A DNA stretch of 63,926 nt, counting the filler, from an uncultured bacterium (GTDB lineage Bacteria; CAZSTA01), in assembly GCA_964609495.1 (NCBI GenBank). It is 8 parts of 8 records of this genome, joined end to end, with 100 filler letters (N's around TTAATTAATTAA, not from the genome) between each part and the next. Parts side by side here need not be neighbours in the genome. Positions count along the whole stretch, not along the records: positions 44,637 to 53,340 come from CAZSTA010000162.1; positions 53,441 to 62,132 come from CAZSTA010000163.1; 6 more parts are not named here. The stretch is one strand, 5' to 3'. Position numbers and translations under genes: made by a program. Below, piece by piece: positions 48,863-58,531 of this stretch; within the stretch, counting starts at the first letter, position 1; every line of letters starts with the position of its first letter. The notes under the pieces are model-generated. The model was not told the origin of the DNA, ran no database searches, and worked only from the letters and a program-made list of their open reading frames with translations.

Positions 48863-49672
48863 GTGAGCTATATGCTTATAGCTAAACGCACTTGCACTAT
48901 GGAATGGCATTTCCTCGGAGAGGATAATATTCCGGCTTTATTATTCTATAGATCATCAGATAGCAAGAAGCCCCTCTTACTTCTCTTTCACGGACTGACT
49001 GGTCGGAAGGAAGGAGAACTCTTCTACGCCACGAGGTTGGCAGAGGAGGGATATCTCGTTGCGGCGATCGATGCTCGCCAACATGGAGATAGGGTTGATC
49101 TGGATTTCTGGAAGAAGGTGCATTATAATCTTCCCAAAGAAGTGGTCAAGATTGTAGTAGAGACAGCTCAGGATGTCCCCGCTATAATCGAGGCTTTGCT
49201 AGAGAGAGAAGACATCGATCCAGAACGGATCGGTATCGCTGGTGGATCGCTCGGAGGATTTATAACGATATTAGCAACAATGCTCGATAGGAGGTTGAAG
49301 GCAGCGGTCTCCATCGCTGGAGGAGTAATATCGGAGAACTCTTTCGATGAAACTGAGATATACGAATTACTCTGCTTAGAGAAGGATTTGGATAAACAGG
49401 TTGATGAGGAAATGAAGGAGTTGACAGCTAAGAATAATCCCTTCGCTCGCCTTGATAAGTTCTATCCCACCTCCCTGCTTATGGTGCACGGAGATATAGA
49501 TAACATCGTTCCGTTGGAATCCCATCAGCGGTTATACGAGGCCTTGAAGCCTTATTATAAAGATGCTCCTGATAAGTTGAATCTTAAGATCTACCCAGGG
49601 GTAGATCACTCCATCGGTGCTCTGCCAGAGGCTATGGATGATATAGCTAAGTGGTTAAAGGAGCATTTATAG
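48863..49672 (+). CDS. Alpha/beta hydrolase (esterase)
   Basis: FHG, DARQHGDR, GGSLGG nucleophile, HGDIDNIVP and YPGVDH. Confidence 0.9.
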   Translation: MSYMLIAKRTCTMEWHFLGEDNIPALLFYRSSDSKKPLLLLFHGLTGRKEGELFYATRLAEEGYLVAAIDARQHGDRVDLDFWKKVHYNLPKEVVKIVVETAQDVPAIIEALLEREDIDPERIGIAGGSLGGFITILATMLDRRLKAAVSIAGGVISENSFDETEIYELLCLEKDLDKQVDEEMKELTAKNNPFARLDKFYPTSLLMVHGDIDNIVPLESHQRLYEALKPYYKDAPDKLNLKIYPGVDHSIGALPEAMDDIAKWLKEHL

Positions 49673-49713
49673 TATAATAGAATGATGACCTTGTAGCGAA
49701 GGAGGCGAACTCA

Positions 49714-49893
49714 GTGTTCACCAGAAAATATAGATGCCTCGATTGTGGCAAGAAATTCACGCTCTTCATCGAAGAAGTTCGCTCCAATAAAGCCGATGGT
49801 AATTGTCCTCGTTGTGGTGGTTATGAGCTAGAACCTGCTATCTCCTTCTGGGATAGATTGCGGGAGTTCCTGATCCTCTATAACTACACGTGA
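49714..49893 (+). CDS. Small zinc-ribbon protein (FmdB-like, 59 aa; absent from the ORF track)
   Basis: AAGGAGG RBS, GTG start; YRCLDCGKKF...CPRCGG. Confidence 0.75.
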   Translation: MFTRKYRCLDCGKKFTLFIEEVRSNKADGNCPRCGGYELEPAISFWDRLREFLILYNYT

Positions 49894-49963
49894 GGACTCG
49901 ATTCAATGAATCGATAGGTTATCGAGATAATTTGTATAATATTGAAAAAAGGGAGGTTTCTCA

Positions 49964-51121
49964 ATGGGAAGAAGTAAGCTTTACTTTGCGGATGCTAGAT
50001 CCACAACTTGGGAGCATTGGTATAGCTTACCCTCTAAGTTAGAGGAATTGTTAGATCAAGCCGATATCTCTAAATATATAGAGAAAGGTGAGTATGTGGC
50101 AGTTAAGATACATCTCGGCTCGCCAGGAGCATTCCGAGTAATCAGACCCACCTTTGTCCGCCGGATCGTGGAGGCGATAAAGGCGGTGGGAGGAAAGCCC
50201 TTTATCGCTGAGACCACTCGTATCCCTGGTTTAGAATATCTCGAAGTGGCGACTATGAACGGATATACTCATCTGACCTGTGGTGCTCCGATCGTTATGG
50301 CCGATGGCATTTTCGGAAGGGATACGATCCAAGTCAAGGTCGATGATGCTCAGTTTATCAAGGAGATCGGAGTAGCGTCCGCAATATACGATGCGCCAGC
50401 TATGGTCGTTATCACTCATTGCAAGGGGCATGTGGCAAGCGGCTATGGCGGAGCGATAAAGAATATCGGTATGGGGGCTATAGGGGTGAGAACAAGGGAT
50501 AATCAGACTAACCGAGGTCTTGTTCACAGCACCGAGAATAGGCCGCCCTCCTGGGATAGAGATAAATGTAGTTGGTGTCGCAGTTGCGAGGAGGTATGTC
50601 CGAAGGATGCGATCTCTATCGATGTGGATGAGGAGATATGGGAGGTAAGCGATGAACTTTGCGATAGGTGTGGACGTTGCGTGCGGGTATGTCCAGAGGG
50701 CGCTTTAGAATTGCCGATGTCGGATGAGCTATTCGCTCAAGGTCTAGCAGAGTCTGCTAAGGCGGCTTTAAGCACCTTTAAGCCGGGCAAGATATTGTAT
50801 GTGAATTTCTTGACTGAGATCCAGCCTGAGTGCGATTGTATGCCCATCGCTGATGCTCCTGTAGTCCAGGATCAGGGTATCTTAGTAGGAGATGATATCG
50901 TAGCGATCGATCAAGCCTCGCTCGATATGATCAATGAGGCTGAACCTCTTCCCCAATCCAAGGGTGTGGAACAGGGAAAGGAGAAACCCGGCGATATCTT
51001 CTGGGGCATTAATCATAAGAGATCGCAGTTACATGTTGATGCGGCGTCCGCTCTAGGGCTGGGTAATAAGGAGTATGAAATCATTAAAATCGAGAGGAAG
51101 AGGAATCCTGAAGAGCAGTAA
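49964..51121 (+). CDS. DUF362 protein with a 2x[4Fe-4S] ferredoxin domain
   Basis: VAVKIHLG, HCKGH, GGAIKNIGMG; CSWCRSCEEVCP and CDRCGRCVRVCP; PECDC and DIVAIDQAS. Confidence 0.88.
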   Translation: MGRSKLYFADARSTTWEHWYSLPSKLEELLDQADISKYIEKGEYVAVKIHLGSPGAFRVIRPTFVRRIVEAIKAVGGKPFIAETTRIPGLEYLEVATMNGYTHLTCGAPIVMADGIFGRDTIQVKVDDAQFIKEIGVASAIYDAPAMVVITHCKGHVASGYGGAIKNIGMGAIGVRTRDNQTNRGLVHSTENRPPSWDRDKCSWCRSCEEVCPKDAISIDVDEEIWEVSDELCDRCGRCVRVCPEGALELPMSDELFAQGLAESAKAALSTFKPGKILYVNFLTEIQPECDCMPIADAPVVQDQGILVGDDIVAIDQASLDMINEAEPLPQSKGVEQGKEKPGDIFWGINHKRSQLHVDAASALGLGNKEYEIIKIERKRNPEEQ

Positions 51122-51151
51122 ATGAAATTTTATAGGCAGGAGGTGAACAGT

Positions 51152-51370
51152 ATGGCTGAGGAGGAAACGAAAATAACTCTGGATATGACTATCGAGGAGG
51201 TAGTTAGAGAATATCCTCAAACCGTCCCCGTATTCTTCAAGCATGGGTTGGCTTGTGCAGGTTGTCATGCGGCTAGATTCGAGAATATACAGCAGGGAGC
51301 GATGGCGCATGGCATTGTAGTTGAGAGATTGCTTGAGGATCTGAATAAGGTTGTGGCAGGCTCGATTTAA
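51152..51370 (+). CDS. DUF1858 domain protein (hybrid-cluster-associated redox disulfide domain)
   Basis: ITLDMTIEEVVREYP...GLACAGC..ARFENIQQGAMAHGI; AGGAGGTGA RBS. Confidence 0.85.
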   Translation: MAEEETKITLDMTIEEVVREYPQTVPVFFKHGLACAGCHAARFENIQQGAMAHGIVVERLLEDLNKVVAGSI

Positions 51371-51448
51371 ATTTAAGCCTTAGCCTCAATCAAGGAGCAC
51401 CGTTATCAAACTTTTAGCTCAGGAGGTTTGTGGAGTTCCTAATGATCA

Positions 51449-51473
51449 GGCGTCGGGTTTCTGCCCCGACGCC
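51449..51473. terminator. GC-rich hairpin downstream of the DUF362/DUF1858 genes
   Basis: GGCGTCGGG-TTTCTGC-CCCGACGCC; no U tract. Confidence 0.4.
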
Positions 51474-51628
51474 ATAGAGACATAGAAATGCTATCGCTAA
51501 TCAATTCAACGTTGTCTTCAACTGGGATATGGGAGCGGCTTTTAACTTCATCCTGCTGGCTATATCGGTAATTATCTAGCTATCTTCGCTAGAGTTATCG
51601 ATCTAGATCAGCTCAAGGGTGTGAGGAT

Positions 51629-52234
51629 GTGATGAAGTCTGATGAAGTAAATTTAGCTTACAGCGGGAAATTGAGTCCTAAATACGAGTTGAAGGATATA
51701 ATAGGGGATTTTCAAGATATAGCCGAGGTTAGCGGATATAAGTATGAGATAATCGATAAGGTTGTTGGTTACTCGCTTCCGCTCTGGATGATAATGAATC
51801 CTAAAGCGGTGTATTGGAAGAAGCCCTATATCTCCTGTGAGGATGTAGTAAGGGAGATAGCTAGCAGAGCGGGTATCCTGAATGTGCAAGAGAAGCCCCA
51901 TAGCAGATTATGTAAATCTCTGCTAAATATAACTTTCCCCCAAAGAGGGATATATATCTGGATAGATGAAAAAGCAGATCCTCTTCGCTTAGTATTTGGA
52001 AATGATGATCGGCTCGAGGAAGCTATAGAGCAACGAGATCCCGATATCCCCGATCTCCTTTATATTAGATCGACTTATCGTTTAAACATCAAAACTTACT
52101 TGGTAGAAGGAGAGATCAGTTCTATACATAAGCGAATCTGTAAGATGTTGAGATATGCGGAGAAACATTATTTTGAAGGGGGATTGAATATCTGCGATGA
52201 GAGCGGGTTTTATTATTCCCTTTCCCTCAATTAA
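51629..52234 (+). CDS. Hypothetical protein
   Basis: 201-aa ORF with host-like codon usage; no motif recognised. Confidence 0.6.
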   Translation: MMKSDEVNLAYSGKLSPKYELKDIIGDFQDIAEVSGYKYEIIDKVVGYSLPLWMIMNPKAVYWKKPYISCEDVVREIASRAGILNVQEKPHSRLCKSLLNITFPQRGIYIWIDEKADPLRLVFGNDDRLEEAIEQRDPDIPDLLYIRSTYRLNIKTYLVEGEISSIHKRICKMLRYAEKHYFEGGLNICDESGFYYSLSLN

Positions 52235-53085
52235 ATAAATTTCCACAGACTCTCATCTGCCGCGGGATAAGAACCTAAGATCTTCATCAAAGACGCAGTC
52301 CTCAATAATTCGAAGAGGGCGTCTTTACATTCGGAATCGTCGGAATGTCCCTCGAAGTCGAGGTAGTAGATGTATCTCCAAGGCCTCAGACGGCTAGGGC
52401 GAGATTCCAGCTTTGTTAAGTTTATATTGCGTCTAGCAAAGGCCCCCAAGCTCTTATAAAGTGCTCCTGGAACATTGCGAGTCGAGAAGAGAATGGAGGT
52501 TTTATTTTTCTCAGCAGGTGGAGCTGGTTCTTCGCTTAAGATGAAGAAGCGAGTATAGTTCTGGTGATGACTCTCTATTCCCTCCTGAAGAATCTTCAGT
52601 CCATATATAGCCGCCGCTCTCTCATTAGCTATAGCGGCCGCATCTTTTAATCCTTTCTCGGCAACCATCTTAGCGCTTCCCGCGGTATCATAGGTAGATA
52701 TCACCTCCCAGTCGGAGTGGCGACGGAGATACCCTTGGCACTGAGCTAAGGCTTGAGGATGAGAATACACAGTTTTTATCTCGCTCAGTTGCACCGAGGG
52801 ATCAGCCATAAGGCAGTGGACCACCCTCAGATAGGCTTCTCCTACGATCTGGAGATCAAAGTCTAACAAGAGATCGTAAGTCTGATTGATGCTTCCTGCT
52901 TGAGAGTTCTCCGCAGGAACGATTCCATATCCAGTATCACCATTCGTGACGCTCTCGAAGACCTCATAAATGCTCGCACAGGGCTTAACTTGAAGGTCGC
53001 TTCCGAAAAATGATATCGCGGCGTCCTCGCTAAAAGCGCCTCTCTCTCCCTGAAAAGCTACACTTATTATCTTATCTTCTGACAT
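52231..53085 (-). CDS. pheA: Prephenate dehydratase
   Basis: FQGERGAFSE, PAENS..GS, YSHPQALAQC, NYTRF, and an ACT domain with INLTKLESRP. Confidence 0.95.
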   Translation of the reverse strand: MSEDKIISVAFQGERGAFSEDAAISFFGSDLQVKPCASIYEVFESVTNGDTGYGIVPAENSQAGSINQTYDLLLDFDLQIVGEAYLRVVHCLMADPSVQLSEIKTVYSHPQALAQCQGYLRRHSDWEVISTYDTAGSAKMVAEKGLKDAAAIANERAAAIYGLKILQEGIESHHQNYTRFFILSEEPAPPAEKNKTSILFSTRNVPGALYKSLGAFARRNINLTKLESRPSRLRPWRYIYYLDFEGHSDDSECKDALFELLRTASLMKILGSYPAADESLWKFI

Positions 53086-53206
53086 CGATTACTCTCCTCT
53101 TTATTCAACTGATTATTGTAAAGATTGTATTATATTATCTTCTATTTGTCAAGAATTATCAAGAAATTCGAAGCATGTAAAACTTTGTGCTGAGGAATGT
53201 GATTCT

Positions 53207-53289
53207 CCCCCCTCACCCTGGGCCTCTCCCACAAGGGGAGAGGGGACATCGAGATAAGCTCGATCTATTTAGTTCCCCCTCCCTCTTGG
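53207..53289. repeat. Partial REP doublet (inverted) near the contig end
   Basis: CCCCCCTCACCCTGGGCCTCTCCCACAAGGGGAGAGGGGACATCGAGATAAGC...TTTAGTTCCCCCTCCCTCTTGG. Confidence 0.8.
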
Positions 53290-53440
53290 TTTTTGAACTT
53301 ATAATCGGGGGTATCATATTCTTAGTTCTTCGTTAGGGAGNNNNNNNNNNNNNNNNNNNNNNNNNNNNNNNNNNNNNNNNNNNNTTAATTAATTAANNNN
53401 NNNNNNNNNNNNNNNNNNNNNNNNNNNNNNNNNNNNNNNN

Positions 53441-54338
53441 CAGAGTTAAGTCCCTTCTCCGTCCTCTTTTTATCTATGATCAGCATAACCTCCTGATCTA
53501 GAGCAACTGGATCGGTGCCCACTATGATTTGATTGTTGACCCACTGAGGATATCCCCCAGGTCCTCCCGTGTAGATACCCAACAGCGCATCGCATATTAT
53601 CAGCTTTGTTTTATCCTTGATATGTGGCTCTGAATTGACGATAGGTATATAGGGATCGCAGTTATTTCGATGCAAGCTACCGGGATTATCGACTGTGCCA
53701 TAGTGATTCTTCATGCTGGCTGTGACTCCCGCGGTATCGTGATCTTTAACGAGAGGCACGTTTATTAGATAATCACACTCCTTGGTGAGGATGCTACTCA
53801 AGAAGGAATTGATCTCGGGAACACGGTAGCTTTTATCATAGCCGAAGCCATCCGTATCGGTGCTGATGTAACGAACGCCCTTGTCAGAGGTGTTCATCTC
53901 ATAGCCAGCACTTATCATCTCCCAATTATACCTATCCCAAACGATTACATTATTCTCGTTGACTCCTATCTCCTTCAATCCCGCCACTATCGTGGTTATC
54001 ACCTCGGGATGGCTGGAGAGGTGGCGATTAATACAATTCACCTTAATCCCGATTACATCCTTCGAGGTTAAATCGGGGAATATAGCCTCCCAGCTCTCCG
54101 CTACGGTAGATTTCCCAGTGAAACTCTTCATAGCTTCATTTAACATCGTCTGAACAGTGGGAATATCGATATTTCCATCCTCATCGGCGGCTTTGGAATG
54201 CGTAGCGAAAACTATCTTGGACTTTGGCTCATCCGCCCTCGTCTCCATAGAATTCAACAATAGAGAGGAAGTTGATAGAGCAGCAACTCCCATCGCGCTC
54301 TTCTTAAGGAACTCCCTTCGACTGAGCTTATCAGTCAT
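53441..54338 (-). CDS. Tat-exported DUF362 protein; 3' truncated
   Basis: SRREFLK twin-arginine motif; IGIKVNC, INVPLVKDH..AGVTASMKNHYG and DPVALD. Confidence 0.88.
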
Positions 54339-54392
54339 AACTGATCCCTCCTAAAGTTATGGATAATTGAGTCCATTTAGCTTTTGGATCAA

Positions 54393-54953
54393 CTATTGTT
54401 GTTCTTCACGATCATTCTCTTTTATCCTCTGAGATATAGATTCGGCGAATAATATAACAGCCTCTTTTGCCTCATCCTCCTTAGAATCGATCGCAATTCG
54501 GATGAAGAATTCATCCTGCCAGAATTCTAACAGATAAACACCGATAAGTTTTTCGTCCTTCCTAGCTCCATCTCCTAGCTTCTCTATAGGGGTCGGATTC
54601 GCTATAGGGGCATCAACGAAGAGAGTTTCTGCTTGCTCCTTACTCCCCATCTGGTAGATCTCTAAGGTAAGCCACATATTAGAAGGAGAGTGCTGATAAT
54701 CTTGGAAGAGGACTACCTTCGCTCCATGATCGACATAGAAGGGGGCAGCACCATCTATCTGATTCATTAGGCAGTCCGGATCTTCACATTTGATATAATC
54801 CCCTTCTCTAGCCCATCCTTCAAATTGTTCATTTGTAGGAAGGAGATCCACTATTGAGATCTCCCCCGATAAAGCGATTGGTGAATAGAAGACTAAACTA
54901 ATACTTAGAATTATCATCAGCATCGTTCGTTCAGCCGAAATGCGATCTCTCAT
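54393..54953 (-). CDS. Secreted hypothetical protein (DUF6599-like)
   Basis: Signal peptide; QIDGAAPFY, LEIYQM; context next to DUF362. Confidence 0.65.
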   Translation of the reverse strand: MRDRISAERTMLMIILSISLVFYSPIALSGEISIVDLLPTNEQFEGWAREGDYIKCEDPDCLMNQIDGAAPFYVDHGAKVVLFQDYQHSPSNMWLTLEIYQMGSKEQAETLFVDAPIANPTPIEKLGDGARKDEKLIGVYLLEFWQDEFFIRIAIDSKEDEAKEAVILFAESISQRIKENDREEQQ

Positions 54954-54990
54954 TCCCTCACCCCTCTTTTGGCATAAAATTCATCTCGTT
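54871..54990. repeat. 120-bp imperfect direct repeat, left copy
   Basis: Matches 57237-57356 (AAAGC..TTGGTGAATAGA...AAAATTCATCTCGTT). Confidence 0.9.
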
Positions 54991-55113
54991 GCGGAACAAA
55001 ATGTGACCTGCCTTTACGGAGAGCCGCTGTTAACCAACCCGAAAGGCAAGCGACCGCAAAGTTCGCCCGCCCTCACCGCGCCAATAGCAAAAATGTCCGT
55101 TCAGTTGAAGGTA

Positions 55114-57138
55114 TTATGAAGTTGTTCCTTTAACAGGCTCGATGCCCAGCACATATCTATTCATCCAGTCGAGAAGCACCTCGTTCTGAACTCGGCGAAC
55201 GATCGGTGCTCCTGTGATTGATCCACTGTGGGAACTTCCCGGAAAGCGCACCATCTCCACGGGGCAGCTGCTTGCTTTGAGTGCAGCGTAAAATTGCTCC
55301 GCCTGTTCTGCCGGACAGCAATAGTCGGCCTCACCCTGCAAAAGCAAGGTGGGTGTCTTGCAGCGATGGGCATAGGTAATTGGTGAGCAGCGCCGATACA
55401 CCTCAGGTATTTCGTGCGGCAACCCACCCAATTTCTCAACTGCGTACCGAGGGCCGATATCGCTGACACCGTAGAAACTGACATAGTTGATGACTGGGTT
55501 CTCCGGAACTGCTGCTTTGAAACGATCCGTCTGCTCCGTGATCCAGCATGTCATGTAACCACCGTAGGACAGTCCGCAGCATCCAAGGCGATTCGGGTCG
55601 GCAATGCCCTTCTCGATCGCGAAATCAACGCCGGCTATCAGGTCTTTGTATTCCAGGTTGCCCAAGTCACCATTGATCTGGGTAGCAAACTCATCCCCAT
55701 AACCGCTCGATCCCCGGTAATTGATGAACAATACCGCATAACCCGCACCGGCCAACATTTGAAAGTCAAAGGAAAAAATGTGACCAAAGCCAGCATATGG
55801 CCCACCATGGATGTATAAGATGGTCGGATAAGGCGCTTCACCGATGCAAGGCTTGAGGATCCAGCCTTCAACCGGTACCCCATCAGGAGCAGGAAATAAC
55901 AGATGCTCAATGGTGGGGAGAGCCCTCTCTGCAAGTAGGTCGGCGTTGAGATGTGTGAGTTGTCGCTCGTTGGTCCCATCCATTTCGGCGAGGAAAAGAT
56001 CCACAGGATTCTCGAGAGTGCTGCTGGCGAATAGCAGATGTCTATCATCCGTGTCCAGCAGGAGGCAGGTTCGCTCCCCCACCACCACTGGATCCCAGGA
56101 TTCAGGTCCTGTCAGGGTAACACGATAGATCTGAATCGTTCCACCATCTTGAACTTGCACATAGGCTGTCTTGCCATCCCTTGTTAGAAGAATTTTGGGA
56201 GCAAAAAATAAGCTTTCCCAGAATGTCGGCATATCGGGCTGCAAGCCGCTACCCACCCCAAATTTGAGGCCTGCCGTGCGACATTCGGGCTCACCACCCT
56301 GTTTATCGATCACCCACAGGTCATCCTTGGAGCTAGCGAGGCGACCAAACAGTCTGCCAACGAATACGACTCGTTCGCCGTCTGGAAGCCAAGCAGCGGA
56401 GTTGGCATAACCCCAATCCCCAACAATTTCACGCACCTCTCCCTCCAGATTCACCACCCTGAGTCTGGGCAGAGAAACCTGGTGCGAGTCCGGAACCATC
56501 ATCACCGTGTACAGGATCTCTTGTCCATCTGGGGACCAAAGCGGTGCGATGTTCTGACATTCGTCACTTGTCAATTGCTGGGGTTCTCCTCCTTGGGCAG
56601 GGATGACATAGATATCCTGAACCATGTTGTCAAGGTATCCCATCCCATCAAACCTGTAGATGCGGCGGGTAACCCGATAGGGCTTTTTCAGATCAAGTGG
56701 CTCAACCGCTGGCCCAGAGGTAAAAGCGATATACTTCCCATCGGGTGACCAGACAGGGCCATTATACTTCCCATCGGGTGACCGGCCACCACCCACACCC
56801 TGTTTCATAGCGGTTAAAGCCCGGGCTTCCCCACCATCCACAGAGATAAGGTAGATTTGGGGCTTATCCCCACGGGTCGAGAGGAAGGCAATCTGCTTGC
56901 CATCCGGTGACCACTGAGGATTCCAGTCGCGGGCAAGCCCTGCCGTGAGCTGGCGAGAGGAGCCAGTATCCAGGGACAGGAGCCAGAGGGTTAGATATTC
57001 CTCTTCCTTGTCAGGATCTACATGGGAAACAACATAAGCAACCGATTTGCCATCTGGAGAGAGCTTACCTTCCTGCAAGAACTTTAGTCGGAACAAATCA
57101 TCCGGTTCAATTGTCTGGAGTTCTTTTGTCTTGTCCAT
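55114..57138 (-). CDS. S9 family peptidase (acylaminoacyl/dipeptidyl aminopeptidase)
   Basis: Start MDKTKEL at 57138 with AAGGAGG; WSPDG propeller repeats, IHGGP, GLSYGG (Ser), QGEAD (Asp), SSH (His). Confidence 0.93.
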   Translation of the reverse strand: MDKTKELQTIEPDDLFRLKFLQEGKLSPDGKSVAYVVSHVDPDKEEEYLTLWLLSLDTGSSRQLTAGLARDWNPQWSPDGKQIAFLSTRGDKPQIYLISVDGGEARALTAMKQGVGGGRSPDGKYNGPVWSPDGKYIAFTSGPAVEPLDLKKPYRVTRRIYRFDGMGYLDNMVQDIYVIPAQGGEPQQLTSDECQNIAPLWSPDGQEILYTVMMVPDSHQVSLPRLRVVNLEGEVREIVGDWGYANSAAWLPDGERVVFVGRLFGRLASSKDDLWVIDKQGGEPECRTAGLKFGVGSGLQPDMPTFWESLFFAPKILLTRDGKTAYVQVQDGGTIQIYRVTLTGPESWDPVVVGERTCLLLDTDDRHLLFASSTLENPVDLFLAEMDGTNERQLTHLNADLLAERALPTIEHLLFPAPDGVPVEGWILKPCIGEAPYPTILYIHGGPYAGFGHIFSFDFQMLAGAGYAVLFINYRGSSGYGDEFATQINGDLGNLEYKDLIAGVDFAIEKGIADPNRLGCCGLSYGGYMTCWITEQTDRFKAAVPENPVINYVSFYGVSDIGPRYAVEKLGGLPHEIPEVYRRCSPITYAHRCKTPTLLLQGEADYCCPAEQAEQFYAALKASSCPVEMVRFPGSSHSGSITGAPIVRRVQNEVLLDWMNRYVLGIEPVKGTTS

Positions 57139-57192
57139 ATCATCATCCTCCTTTAGAGATATAATGGTTGAATAAGGGCGGGCGAATTTCAG

Positions 57193-57239
57193 TTCGCTCA
57201 TATTCGCATAAGTTGCACTAGACTGATCTAATGAGCAAA
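57193..57239. repeat. 47-bp stem-loop repeat, copy 2
   Basis: TTCGCTCATATTCGCATAAGTTGCACTAGACTGATCTAATGAGCAAA. Confidence 0.75.
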
Positions 57240-57356
57240 GCACTTGGTGAATAGAGAGCTAAACTAATATTTAGAATTATCATCAGTATCGTTCGTTCAG
57301 CCGAAATGCGATCTCTCATTCCCTCACTCCTCTTTTGGCACAAAATTCATCTCGTT
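57237..57356. repeat. 120-bp imperfect direct repeat, right copy
   Basis: Matches 54871-54990. Confidence 0.9.
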
Positions 57357-58316
57357 TATGGATATCCACCCTAATTGATCACTCGGTAATTTCACCAGGC
57401 ACCACTGATCGAAATACTGTCCATTAACTATCACCAAATCGAGTAAATCTAAAGGGGCAGTATCCTTAATTGTATCAATTGTCTCCGAAGAGCGATTAGG
57501 TTCGCTATATACCTTGATCTCATCCTCTATCATCAAGGCTAGTCCTTCGGTTTCGATCTCTGGAGGTATCGGATCGATCTCGCCAGTAGCGTTATCATAA
57601 TTATATCCCTTATAAAAGTGAAAATCGACCGAGATATCAAAGTTACCTTCCAACTCAGCTTTATCCTCGGGGAACTTTCCCTCACTTTGAGAGTGCATCA
57701 TAAGAAAGCCTCTCATCGCGCTGATAAGGGCATCATCTCGATTGATATAGTCGATGGGAACGAGGGTTAGTGAGCGAGGATACTCCTCCCTTAATCTAGT
57801 ATATATTCGAAGGGTATTTAAGATCTTCTCAGATAACTCGAATGATTCCGTAGATGATTTAATCCCAATATCGATCTCCAGGGTAAGATTCGAATTTAAA
57901 CTATGCAGGCTCATCGCAACTATTCGTCCTTTCTCTATATCGAAGGCGTTTTCTCCTGTGCTTTTTAGATCAGCTTGATAACCATCTATCTCGGCCAATT
58001 TCCGAGGCTCTAACTCCTCTAGCTCGAAGTTCCACCAAGCTAGAGCTATCTCCTTACGGATATACTGCGGAAGAGGTAAGCCTATATTGTTTGCAGTTAT
58101 TATAGAGACGAAGATATTCCTATCAGGGGATATCAAATCCGTATGATTAGGGTAGATGCTCTCTACCTTCCAACTGCTGGGGAATCGGATAGTGCAAGAG
58201 ATATCATTCCCTCCGGAGAACTCGTAACTTCTCCACTCTTCATCACTAGCAAAGGTTATATTTAGTGAAGTTAAGATAACAGCCATTAAGATAAGCAATA
58301 TAAACTTTTTAGACAT
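57324..58316 (-). CDS. Secreted protein with a C-terminal SH3b-like domain
   Basis: Signal peptide; IKVYSEPNRSSETIDTI...WCLVKLPSDQLGWI. Confidence 0.7.
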   Translation of the reverse strand: MSKKFILLILMAVILTSLNITFASDEEWRSYEFSGGNDISCTIRFPSSWKVESIYPNHTDLISPDRNIFVSIITANNIGLPLPQYIRKEIALAWWNFELEELEPRKLAEIDGYQADLKSTGENAFDIEKGRIVAMSLHSLNSNLTLEIDIGIKSSTESFELSEKILNTLRIYTRLREEYPRSLTLVPIDYINRDDALISAMRGFLMMHSQSEGKFPEDKAELEGNFDISVDFHFYKGYNYDNATGEIDPIPPEIETEGLALMIEDEIKVYSEPNRSSETIDTIKDTAPLDLLDLVIVNGQYFDQWCLVKLPSDQLGWISINEMNFVPKEE

Positions 58317-58412
58317 ATTTCTACTCCTCCTTCGCCATCGAATTATATATTAGTATAACATAGCTCGATTTTTATTTCAAATTTTTCTCACTTCTATCAA
58401 TTTTAGAATGTT

Positions 58413-58441
58413 TTGACATACACATCTTTAAGTGATATAAT
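58413..58441 (+). promoter_or_regulatory. Consensus sigma70 promoter
   Basis: TTGACA-17 bp-TATAAT. Confidence 0.7.
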
Positions 58442-58531
58442 ATATGTAGAATATTCAGTGAGGATATAGCATAAAGTATATTGAGGGTGTTGCTAGTAGG
58501 ATTTTCTCAATTGATAAAAGGAGGATTATAG

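Noticed and set aside
54991-55113. Integron attC site after the S9 peptidase
   Set aside because: No convincing RYYYAAC...GTTRRRY pair with complementary arms, and no integrase
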